A stretch of DNA of 64,000 nucleotides from Paramecium tetraurelia (taxonomy: Eukaryota), in assembly GCA_000165425.1 (NCBI GenBank), contig CT868318.1, positions 585,067 through 649,066 on the forward strand, in the 5' to 3' direction. Under the pieces are notes generated by a model, which did no database searches, had not been told where the DNA came from, and saw only the letters and a list, made by a program, of their open reading frames with translations. Below are positions 39,679-52,427 of this stretch, one piece after another. Numbering within the stretch: position 1 is the first letter of the stretch; every line of letters starts with the position of its first letter. A program made the translations under genes and the position numbers.

Positions 39679-42600
39679 ATGAGTGGATCCCCTTAAGTTA
39701 GGAAATTAAACTTCGGCCCTTTAGTAAAGATAAAGAAATAAATAAACTTACCTAAAATAAGAAAGTAAGAAGAATCGTTTTAGGCTGCTTTAAATATTTC
39801 TGATTATGATCCATAATCTGCTAGAGACAGATCGTTTAATAATAGATCATTTAGGAAATTAGTTCACACAACCAATATAAATTTATCAACAGATAAAAAA
39901 ATATCAGAGGAATATGCAGTCTATGGATTATCAAAATTAAAAATTGAAAGAAAAGAGCAACCTTTTTAAAGTGAACGAACAATCAAGCATCTATATTATA
40001 CGCAATAGGATGAAAATACTAATAGGGATTGGTTTGAGATTTGTTTAAGGTAACCACCACCTCATGCACAGGCATAATTTTATAAATAATCGGAGAAGTA
40101 TATTTTAAATTGACCCTTAGATAATACGAATGGTGTGATGTTTAAATTTTAGATTACAACGAAGAGTCAGAGAAATTTTTAATTCAATAATATCCTAAAG
40201 GTCCCAAGAAACAAGTAGATCGATTGCAAATTAAATTCAATAACTAAAATCAATAGTTTTTCGAAAGCATGATTTAATAAGAGTAACGAATTCTATAGTA
40301 TATAGGTAACTGTAGCTTCATGAGAAGTAAACTGAACTAGCCTATGTTAATAAAGTCATGGCTGTGGATTCTAAATTAGTTAATTCCATTTCTGATAAAC
40401 TAAAATAGAAACTCTTGATAAGATTCTAAAAGTACAAAAACTAAAATTTAGTTACGAACCTAATTGCTTAAGTGGAGGATATGTATCACTAAAACATGAA
40501 GAAATGTGTGTATTTGAAGGATTTGACTAAATATAAATAAAAGTTTGCTCCGATTCCCAGAATGAAGATATTTTATACTTCATAGTAACAACTAAAGAAG
40601 AGTCTCATGTTTGTGAATAAGGCTGTGATAGATTGTTGGTTACAGATGATTCGATTTATGAATAATTTCTAAGTGAATTTGTTTGAATTTGACAAAGTGC
40701 ATTTGCCTGTCTCTTGGGAAAAGTTTGAATAGCTTATTGATGCCAATATGAATAAAATTGAATAGCAATTGAAAAAATAGAGGTTCTTTATTTATGCTCA
40801 AATCCAAGAGAACTTATAGAACACGTTTAATTTCTTTAACATTACGATGCCTGAATATGTGGCAAGTGATCTCAAAAGCGTAGTCTAAAGATTTGATTTA
40901 CATTATACTGAATATCTCTATAAGTTATTAAGGGATGAATAATAGAAGATAATCAGATTTTATTAAAAGTTTCAATTGGTTCAATAGAATATCAGATTGG
41001 TTGCAACTTCCTTGTTTCAATTAAGAATTGTTGGGATGAATAAATCCAAGTTGGAAAAGTACGAATAAACCAGGAATTCTATCAATGATGATTTGGAATT
41101 GATAACCTTGGATACTTCCTTGAGTCAAGTGATCAATATAGCAACCTATCCAAATAGAAGTTTATTCAATATCATTTCTTAATTGTATAAAATTGAAAGC
41201 GAAATAGTTCCATTGTTGAAGATTCCTTAACAATACTCAATCGAAAGAGAAAACTTGGCTTTTTTTGAAGTCTTAAAGTAAGAAACCGCAGATCTCATTG
41301 AGAAAGAATACTCTAAATGTTAATAGTTTTGCAAGAAGTTTCTGCCTTATCAATACTTATTGATACCTATGAAAACCAAAGCCATTAATAAAATCTTTGG
41401 GATCGAAGGGAAGGAGAAACCTACCCTACATTAGATTAGACTCTCTGTCATTCGAGAAGCCTTGGACAATCTGAGCAAAGCTTAAAGAGAAATAAACTAT
41501 AACTTTATTGACACTTAGGTCATTGGACTATTTACTTTGAATTCTAAGGAAATAAAACAAATCTTAATATAGAGAGCACAAGAAAACTATTAATTGATTG
41601 TGTAAAAATTAATCGAAATAATTAAGCACAATGTAACCAATATAAAAACACACTATTAAGAAATGTATGCTAAAACTTCAACAGTTCCTTAAACAGAAGA
41701 AGATCTGATTGAATTGAAGTTATTTCTTGATGAAATTAAGATATAATTCTCGAAATAATTTTTAGAAATTTCATAAATGTAATAATCATCTGTAATTCCT
41801 TATTAGTAAGAAGTTTATCAATTACTTGGATGAGATCTTTTAGGAGTATGACTTGATGCTAATGAAAGAGTATTACTACCTATTGCAATGGCCAAAAGAG
41901 ATTAAAAGAAGCATTAAGACTAACAGTAGACAGATAGAATCGATTGAGAGACAATTCTTCTAAAAGTTAGAACACGATAAAGTTGAATTCACAGAGAAGT
42001 TATTTTAGATGAAAGAATAATTCACAAAGATTAAAGGGTTCAATTAATTTGGAATTGTGAAGCAATAAGCAAATGAAATGAAGATATTGGCAGATTGGAT
42101 ATTTTAGGGATAAGAATAAATAAACTCATTTAACCAAAGGGAGACTATGTTTTAGATCCCATTATCATAATATAGAGAATTCCATTAACTAGTTACAGAA
42201 TTCAAACCTTTCTAGTATTTGTGGGAATTGGCAAATGAATATGAATTTTAAAAGGAATCATGGCTCTATGGTTCATTTAAAAATTTGAATCACCAATAAA
42301 TCCTATAAAAATTGACATATTATGTAAATGAAACAATGGTTTTATCCAATACATTTAAAGAAATTACTGATGAAAATGGATAATCAGTAACAAGAGGGTT
42401 TAGAAGAGCTTTAGATGCATTCAAAGATAATTTATGGGTTGTAGAAACTCTTGCAATAGAGGCATTTACAAAGAAGCCAGTGTTGTGGAGAGAACTCTTT
42501 AAAGAGTGCAGGATTTAGAATTTCGACCCAAAGGAAGATTTCTCCTTGTAATCACTAATCTAAAGAGGAATTCTTAATGTTAAGGAATAGGTTGTACAAT

Positions 42601-45600
42601 TATCTTAAAAAGTGGAGAAGGGTTGGAATATAGAAAAAAGATTGAATGAAATGTATGATAAATTAGTAATCATTGAGATAGAACTGTAAGAATTCAGAGA
42701 AACATTCATCTAGAAAAATTATGAAGAAGTTCAAACATTATTGGATGAGTAATTGAATGTATTATCAATGTTAAAGAGTTAACAACATATAAAAATGGTA
42801 TTAGGGAAAGCAAATTAATTGGAATATAAGATAGTATTGATTCAGGATACATTGGAATTGGGAATGAAATGCTAAAAACATTGGATGTATTTGGATCCAA
42901 TATTTGCAAGTGAAGATATAAAGAGGAAATTAGTGGAAGAGACTGAATACTTTAAATTGGTTGATTAATCCTATAGATAATAGATGGCTATTTTAAATAA
43001 AAATAAGATATTATGGGATTCGATTGATAATGAAAAGATAAAGCAAGAGTTTCAGAATAATGTGCAATTATTGGATTCTATTCAAAAATCATTGTCAAAA
43101 TATCTAGAATAAAAAAGGACCTTATTTCCTAGGTTCTATTTTGTTTCAGATGAAGAACTCATAGAAATATTGGCTTTGGTGAAGGACCCAAATTTACTGC
43201 AGAAACATATCTTCAAATGTTTTGAAGGGATGCATGAATTAAAATTCGAAGGGAATCATTCATTATTAGGGATGATGTCTTCCTAATAGGAACTAGTAAT
43301 TTTTGACAAGAAGATAGAATTGTTGAAAGGAGAGAAGTAAGGAAATGTTGAGTAATGGTTGTGTGAGTTGTAAAGAATAATGGTTCAAACATTAAGAACT
43401 CAATTGAATAAGACATTGCAAGACTTAAACTCTTAGAAATAGGATTATATTAGTAAATGGCCAACATAATGCATTCTATTAGCTGATCATATCAAATGGA
43501 CTAGAAATACTGAATCAGCAATAAGGGAATTGTAAAAAATGAATTTGCATATCCATTTGGAAATCCTAACGAAACAATTGTAGGAGACAGTTTAATTGGT
43601 CAGGAATGAGGAGAGAATGGTAATGAAAACAACATTGGAAGCTATGGTAGTAATGGAAGTTCATTGTAAAGATATTGTGCAATAATTAATACATTAAGAT
43701 GTCAAAAGTATTTATGATTTTGCTTGGGTTTCTTAATTGAGATATTATTTTGAAGATGAGGGAGTAAATGTGAGGATGGTAAATGCATAAATTCAATATG
43801 GGTTCGAATATTTAGGTAAGGTCACAAGATTAGTAATAACATCTTTAACTGATCGATGCTAAAGAACATTATTGAGTGCCATGCATTTAAATTATGGAGG
43901 TGCTCCTGAAGGTCCAGCTGGAACCGGCAAATCTGAAACAGTGAAAGATTTAGCAAAGGCAGTTGCTATGCCTTGTATTGTATTCAATTGTTCAGATGGT
44001 CTCAATTACATAGCAATGGGTAAATTAATAGTATTATAAATTAAGGTAAATTTTTCAAAGGGTTATCTTCTTCTGGAGCTTGGTGTTGTTTCGATGAATT
44101 TAATAGAATAGATCCTGAGGTCTTGTCAGTGGTTGCTTAATAGATTTTTACCATATAGAAGGCAATCAAAGAAAAAAAAAATAGATTTACATTTGAAGGT
44201 GAAGAAATTAATTTAATTCCTACTTGTGCTATTAACGTAACTATGAATCCAGGATATGCTGGTCGATCTGAATTACCTGATAATTTAAAAATTCTATTCC
44301 GTCCATGTGCCATGATGGTACCTGACTATGCAATGATCGCAGAAATTTATTTATATAGTATTGGTTTTGAGAAGGCTAGAGAGTTAAGTCCAAAGATTGT
44401 GACATGTTTAAAATTGTGCAATGAATAACTGTCTCCTTAAGAACATTATGATTTCGGAATGAGAGTACTTAAGGCAGTCTTAAGCACAGCCAAATAGTTA
44501 AGTACTGGATCCGAAGAAGTCATATGCTTAACAGCCTTGATTAATGTTAACAAACCTAAGTTCACTTAGAGTGATGTCCAACTATTCTTGGCTATAACTC
44601 AAGACTTGTTTCCAAGTATTAACCCATTAAATTAAACATCTCAAATATTGGTTGATTACTGTTGTGAGAACAATTACTAACCTGACATAGATTTTCAAGA
44701 GAAATGCTAATAATTGCATAATACAATATCAGTTAGGAACGGTGTGATGTGTATCGGGAAAACATTCTCCGGAAAGACAGCAGCAATCTCAACTCTAGGA
44801 AAATCTTTGGGTGCTCAAACACTTAAATTGAATCCGAAAGCAGTAACTACTGATTAATTGTATGGGAAGCTTGATCCAGATACCAAATAATGGTCTGATG
44901 GAATATTACCTATATTAATAAGGGAAAACTTAAATAAACCAACAAAGATCTGGATTTGGTTTGATGGACCTGTAGATTCATTGTGGATAGAAAATTTGAA
45001 TACTGTTTTGGATGACAATAAAAAGTTGTGTTTGACATCAGGAGAGATCTTAAAGATACCACAGACCATGTGTATGTTATTTGAAGTTGAAGATTTATCT
45101 GCTGCATCTCCAGCTACAATATCAAGATGTGGTATGGTATACTTCTTATAGATTGATTGGTAATAGATTGATTAATGTAAGGTACCTGCAAGTGCAAAGC
45201 ATTTAGTTACCAGGAGGTTTGGAAAAATAGTATTTTATAAGAAGAATGAGATTGTAAGTATTTGTACTATATAATATAGTTTGATAGATCATTCCTATGC
45301 ATGGGTGAAGGAGTATGTATAATTTCCTGTGTATGATACTATAAATTTAATGGTTTAGAGTTTTATTTCATTATTGGTTTAGTTATTGAAATCTCTTTCT
45401 GAGAATCAATAGAACAGTAATAATTGGGATAGTTGCTTGATATTCGCTTTAGTTTGGTCTATTGGAGGATGTTTAGAGGAGAAAGGAAGATCTTTGTTCA
45501 ATGACTTTTTACACAAGTTATTTAGAACTAATAAAAGTGGATTGAAAACTAATTTTGGAGATGATTTGGAGTTGAAATTAAATTTTCCAGAGAAAATAGA

Positions 45601-48600
45601 GTTCTTTTCTTGTGTGTTTTAGGATGGACTATGGATCAAATGGACAGATGTATTTATATGATTTAATAGAGCAGTAGTTAACTGAAAAATTTGAAGTGTA
45701 GCCAGGGATGTAATTTCATGAGATTATTATACCTACTGCTGAATTGATGAGAAATGATTATTTTTGTAAAATGGGATTGCACTTCCTCTTTTGTGGTCCA
45801 ACAAGTACTGGAAAGTCATTGTCTATGAATAAATTCTCAAAGTTTCAGATTACTTGTTCAGGACAAACCACAAGCAATAGTTTACAACGATTGATTGAAA
45901 CTAAAATAAATAAAAGAAGAAGAAAAGGATATTATGGAGCTGAAGAAGGACATATAATGATATTTGTAGATGATCTAAATATGCCATTTAGAGAACCTTA
46001 AGGTGCATAGCCAGCAATTGAATTGTTGAGATAATGGATGGATTAAGGGGGTTGGTATGATTTAGAAAATAAGGAATTCAAATACATGTGTGACATCACT
46101 TTTCTGAGTGCTATGCAACCAGCCAGTGGAGGAAGGGATTAAGTGAGCAAACGATATCTCAGATATTTTAATCTATTGTACATAGGAGGATTCGACAATT
46201 AAAGCATCTCAAATATATTGTAAGTTTTTGTTGAGTGGGTGTTCCAAAAGATATAACCCTCATAAGATATACTAAAGATGAAGAATGATATAGTATTTCA
46301 TACAATCTAAGTTTATGACAAGATTTAATTGAGTTTGTTGCCCACTCCTGCTAAGAGTCTATACATTTATAATTTAAGGGATTTGATTAAAGTATTCGAG
46401 GGAATGAGCAAAGTGGCCAGAATTAACAATCAATATAACCTAGTTAAATTGTGGACTCATGAATGTCTGAGAGTGTTCAGTGATAGATTGATAGATAGTT
46501 ATGATTTGAAGATCTTTGAAAATGTACTCAAGGAATCTACCACTTAAATCGGTTATCAAATTTAAGATTATAAAAATCTAATTTATGTATCTTTCTTACA
46601 TAATGCTTATGATGATGCAGGTAATGTTGTAAATGTTAAGATAAAATTGCAACAAGTTCTTGAAGAGTACAACTAAATGAATCAATAACATGCATTGAGT
46701 CTCATCTTATTTAACAATGCTGTGTTGCACATCTCCAGAATAGCTAGAATATTGTTAGCCATTCAAGGACATGCTCTATTGGTTGGCATGGGTGGAACTG
46801 GAAGAAGTATTCTCTATTATTATTAATAAGCCTCTCTATCCAAATTAGCCAATTATATCATTTTCGGTGAACATGTCCAAACAGTCGATCCAAGATAATG
46901 GGATGATTAGCTATTAGGTATTTTGAAACACATAGGTTTGGACGATCACAAGTCTACCATCATATTCAATGATTCCCAATTTTAGACTGAATCCATGTTG
47001 GAAGATGTGTGTAACATTATGAGTCATGGAGAAGTACCACATCTATTCCCTCCTGAAGAGAGAATTAAAATCCAAGAAGAAATGACTTATCCAAAATTTG
47101 TTCTGAATTGCAAATTAAATACTCATGTCATCCTATGCATGCAACCAGTAGGTACACAATTTAGAAAACGGTTAAGGATGTTCCCTACTATCATCAATTG
47201 TTCTACCATTGATTGGTTTATGAGTTGGCCAGATGAGGCATTAGAATCTACGGCCAGCTAATTCCTCCCTTAAAATCTAGTCAAAATAGCTGTAGATATT
47301 CATCACAAAGTCTTAGAAATCAAAGAGAGATTCACCTAAGAACTTAGAAGACACTTTTATGTAACACCCACACAATATTTGTAATTACTGGCAACCTTCA
47401 AAAAGATTCACACTGAAAAAAATGAAAATTCAAGAATTTCTATTGACAAATTTGAAACTGGAGTTGAAAAAATCATTTAAACTGAAAAAGAAGTAGATAA
47501 GATAAGAAAAGTACTATTTGAATTACAACCGAAATTGGAAAAAGCTACAGTTGAAAATCTTGAATTACTAAAAAACATTTAAAAGAAATAATAAGAAGCA
47601 GATTAAACTAGATTGATTTGTGAATTTGATGAATAATAATGCAGCCTGAAAAGAGAGGAAGCTAATTAATTAAAAGACATATGTTAAAAGTAACTAGACA
47701 ATGTACTTCCTTTGTTATCCAAAGCAACAGAGGCTCTTGAGAAAATCACAAAAGATGATATGATATTATTAAAGTCATTTCAAAAGCCTCCACCCTCTGC
47801 TGCAGTTGTTATGCAAGGATTGTGTTATGCATTCCAAGAAGATGAAAAAGTAAAAGGGAAAAATAATGGCAAAGAACCACCACAAATGGAAGACTTTTGG
47901 GAGTATTCCAAAAAATATGTTTTAAATGAAAAACTAATTAAGAGAATTAAAAAAATGAAAATTGAAGAAATTAGAGCTATTCATCCAACCAAAATCCAAA
48001 AATTATCAGTTTTCATTTAAAATCCTTTATTTGAAAGAGAAAAAGTATTTAATGCTTCAATGGCTGCAGGCAACCTTGCTGATTGGATTAGAGCAGTCTA
48101 TTCTACTTATGAAGCTGTTGAAATTATTGAACCAAAGAAAGCATAATTAGTCGAAGCTGAGAAAAATCTTAAGTTGGCAGAAGAATAAGTTGAAATCAAA
48201 AGGTAAGCATTAGCCGAAGCTATGCTTGTTTTGAGTGTATTATCAGTTGAGTACTAAAAGGCTAGAAAAGAAAAAGAAGAAATTGAAAAGAAAGTTTCAC
48301 AAATTTAGGCTCAATTAAATAGAGCTGAAAAGTTAACCAATGGATTAGGTGAAGAAAAACAAAGATGGAAAAGAAAAGTAATTGCCTATAAATCAGAATA
48401 ATCAAATGCTGATGGGGATTGTTTAATCAGTGCTGCCATCATATCCTATTTAGGTGTGTTCCCAATCTAGTATAGAGAATAGTGTCTACAATTTTGGAAA
48501 TTAAAATTAAAGCAAAATTAAGTCAACTTCTCTGATGATTACTCATTGTAAGCTCAATTATGCGATCCAATTCAAATAAATAAGTGGATTCAATAAAAAT

Positions 48601-51600
48601 TACCAAATGATTCCTTCTCTATTGATAATGCTATCATATTAAAATAATCAACTAGATGGCCACTCATGATTGACCCTTAATTGTAAGCTAATGAGTGGAT
48701 CAAAAACATGGAAGATATTAAAGTACTATTAATACTTAATTCTACATAACCACCTTAATAAGTCTAATTATAATTAGAACATGCCATCTAAATTGGCTAT
48801 CCTGTCCTACTTGAAAATCTAGGATAAAGTATTGACCCTCTGTATGAACCTATTCTATAATAAAAAATAATTAGGAAGCAAAATAAATGCTCTATCAAAT
48901 TCGGTGAAAAATTAATTGAATATTCTAATGATTTTAGATTTTACATGACCACTAAACTTAATAATCCTCATTTCCAACCTTAAGTATGTGTAATGGTGAA
49001 TATGTTGATGTTTCAAGTAACATAAGAGGGATTGGTAGATTAACTTTTAAATATTGTTGTTAAAATAGATGAACCATAGAAAGAAGAATAGCGTATTAAA
49101 AATATTTAATCTAATTTTATAAATAAGAATAAGCTCATTTAAACTGAAACCCTAATTTTAAAATTACTTTCTGAATCAAAGGGAGAACTGTTAGAAAATG
49201 AAGATCTTATTTAAACACTCCAAAAATCTAAAGATGAGAGTCTATCAATTGAAGAAAAATTAAAGGGCTTAGAGTATGATAGAGTAAATTTCAATTAAAT
49301 AAGATAATTTTATAAACCCGCTGCAGAAAAAGTAGCAAGTCTATATTTTATTTTGAATGATCTTGCTGTCATAGAACATACATATCTTTGGTCTCTTGAT
49401 TTCTATTTCTCACTCTACACAAAATCGATAAAAGAGGCACAATATGAAAAGTCTAAGAGAAATTAAAACATTATTGAAAAGTTTATATTAACTCTTTATA
49501 CATAAATTAATAGATCTTTGCTAGAGAAGGACAAATTAATATTTAGATTTTTATTGTGCGTGAAAATGATGAATGTTCCAACCGATCTTATAAGAGCCAC
49601 TGTTATGGGTTGCACTCTTACATCAACTGATATTTAAATTCCCAAAGGATTTCCATGGTTAACTAGTAAAATGTGGTTAGAACTTGTCGATTTAACAATA
49701 TAATTTCCATAAATATTTGAGACTATTTGTTCTGAATTTGTTGAGTAAAAGACTTTTTGGGATAGCTTCTATTAAAGTCAAACTTGTTATAAAATGCAAT
49801 ATAAAGAGTTAGACTAATACTAGGTAAATATGCTCATCAAGATCATTAAACCTGAGTAGTTTATATAGGCTACAAATGAGATGATACGAAAATAAATAGG
49901 AAGTGCATTTTTAGAGAATATTCCAACTACTTTTGAACAATTCTATTTAAAATCTGATAACAAAATACCATTATTGTGCTTGATTACTCCAGGAGCAGAT
50001 CCTAGGTAGGAAATCATCAAATTGGCTTCGAAGTATGAATTTGAAGATAAATTCAATTAAATTTCATTAGGTTAAGGGTAGAGTCAATTAGCTATAAAAA
50101 TGATACTCAGTGCAATGTCTTAAGGTTCATGGGTTTTACTGCAAAACTGTCATTTAGCATCTTCTTTTATGCCAGATTTAGAATAGTTATTTGAGACGCA
50201 ATATAAGAAAGAAATAAATGCTGATTTTAGATTATGGCTAACTTCCTAGCCAACTTCAATATTACCTCATAATGTTATATTAAAATGTATAAATGAATAA
50301 TAATTTAGCTTTAAAAATCACTTATGAATTACCAAGAGGATTGAAAAATAATATGTTAAGATCTTACTAAACACTGGAAGCTGATAAATTCGAATAATGC
50401 AAAAAGTTAAAAGAATGGAAAAATCTATTTTTTTCACTTTCGCTTTTACACGCTTGTTTATTGGAAAGAAAGAAGTATGGTCCATTGGGATGGAATATTG
50501 GATACAATTTTTCATAACATGATTTGGAAATATCAAAAGAACAAATATTATTCTTTTTAGATCAATATTCTGAAATCCCTTGGGATGCTCTCCATTATCT
50601 AATAGCAGAAAACAATTATGGAGGTAGAGTAACAGACCCAATGGATAGAAAACTCTTGAAAATCTATGTAGAGGACTTGGTGAATCAAAAGACAATTTCT
50701 CAAGATTATATTTTCTATGACATTTATTAAACACCACCTTAGATGAATCTAAAAGGTTATATCGATCACATATCATAATTGCCTTTGAATGACCCTCCTT
50801 AATTATTTGGTTTGCACGCAAATGCAGAGATATATTCAGCAATATTGGAAACTGAGAATTTGAGTTCAGTGATACTTTAATTATTACCTAGAACTTAAGG
50901 AGATTCAGCTCAAAAACATACAGATAGTTTAGTATGTAAAAAAAGCTAAGAAATTCTTAAAAATTTACCATCTTAATTCAATATTGATGAAGTACAATAA
51001 CTATTTCCATTAACTTTGGATAATCCTTTGAATGCTGTCATCTAATAAGAAATTACTAAATATAATAGACTCCTAGCAAAGATATAAGATTCTTTAAGTG
51101 TACTTGTTTAAGGTTTAGATGGATTCATTAACATTTCTGATCAATCTCTAGAGATATATAATTCTGTTTTTGATAATAAGATCCCTGAATAATGGTTAGC
51201 TTTATCTTATTTAACAACAAAATCCTTGGGTTCTTGGGTGACAGATCTAAAACAGAGAATTGAATTTCTAAATAAATGGATTACAAAAGGATAACCTAGA
51301 GTATTTTGGTTAGGTGGACTATTCTTTATATAAGGTTTCTTAACAGCAATCTTATAATAATACTCAAGAAAATCTAAAATTCCAATTGATTAATTGAGAT
51401 TTGACTTTAAATTTCATCAGGATGAACCATCTGTAAGTGGAAATGAAGTATATGCAAATGGAATTTCTATTGATGGAGCATCTTTTGATTTCCAAGAATC
51501 AACCTTAACTGAACCTTCAAGCAGCATTTTATTTTATCCATGTCCTATCATATAATTTTGTCCTACCTAAGAAATTGTCAAAACTTACAAGTATTATTCA

Positions 51601-51750
51601 TGTCCACTCTACAACACTTCCCAAAGAAAAGGAGTGTTAACCTCAAATGGACTATCAGTCAATTTTATCTGTAAAATTAAAGTACCAATAAATAACAATA
51701 AAGAACATTGGTCTAAGAGAGGAGTAGCATTGATTATTCAAGCTAATTGA
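39679..51750 (+). CDS. Axonemal dynein heavy chain (probably single-headed inner-arm type)
   Basis: [38 protein letters not shown]1 [43 protein letters not shown]2 GKTFSGKT, P3 GPTSTGKS, P4 GMGGTGRS, stalk coiled coil, [26 protein letters not shown] and [10 protein letters not shown], with about eight short introns. Confidence 0.96.
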
Positions 51751-51928
51751 AGACTATAATTAATTATTCAAAATAATTAACCTAATTTAAGACTATAATC
51801 AATTATTATTCTTTGTTATAATATTGTTAGATTCTTTGGTTTAATTATTTCTTTAAAATTTACATAATAAGACACAGAAATTGAATAAAACAAAGCAATA
51901 TTAAATATTCATAAATTTAATATAAAAC

Positions 51929-52338
51929 TCACGGTTAACCAGATTATTTCCTAAGATTCACACAGGTTTATCCATCGCAAAATGGCACACTTTTTGTTAA
52001 TTTGCACCCACATAATTCTAATGAATCTGTTTCTTATTCTAATGTAAATCTATATGGCTTAAATGATGTTCCTTAATGAGAGCCATCACATAAAGGCTGA
52101 ATTAATTATTGTTATATACTTATTTCTAACTTAATCCACATGCGCACCATCTATATGTCTTATTGGAAACTTTAGGATCCTCTATTTTTATTGGGCCAAG
52201 AACAGGGGATGTTGGAATTGGGGTAAATTATTCCGTTTCAGCTTTCTTATTTTGTTTATTCAATCTAATCACTTTTGCTGTCTCCTCTAAATCTTTTAAT
52301 TGGACAGTGAAACACCTCTTCATTAACATTCTTATCAT
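51929..52338 (-). CDS. CISD3: Mitochondrial CDGSH iron-sulfur protein with two CDGSH-type domains (CISD3/MiNT-like)
   Basis: Transit-like MIRMLMKRCF, YRWCACGLSQKQPLCDGSH and LCGCKLTKSVPFCDGQTC, with one 23-nt intron. Confidence 0.85.
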
Positions 52339-52427
52339 TTTTCTGATTTATATTAATTTAATTCTTTAAAATATATTAAAAAATATTCCCATAATGTTCG
52401 ATATCATATAAATCATACACATTTTTT

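Noticed and set aside
40283..40315. TATAGT...ACTGTA inverted ends in the dynein 5' region
   Set aside because: It is shorter than the 26-bp IES minimum, and an ordinary 23-nt intron restores the frame.
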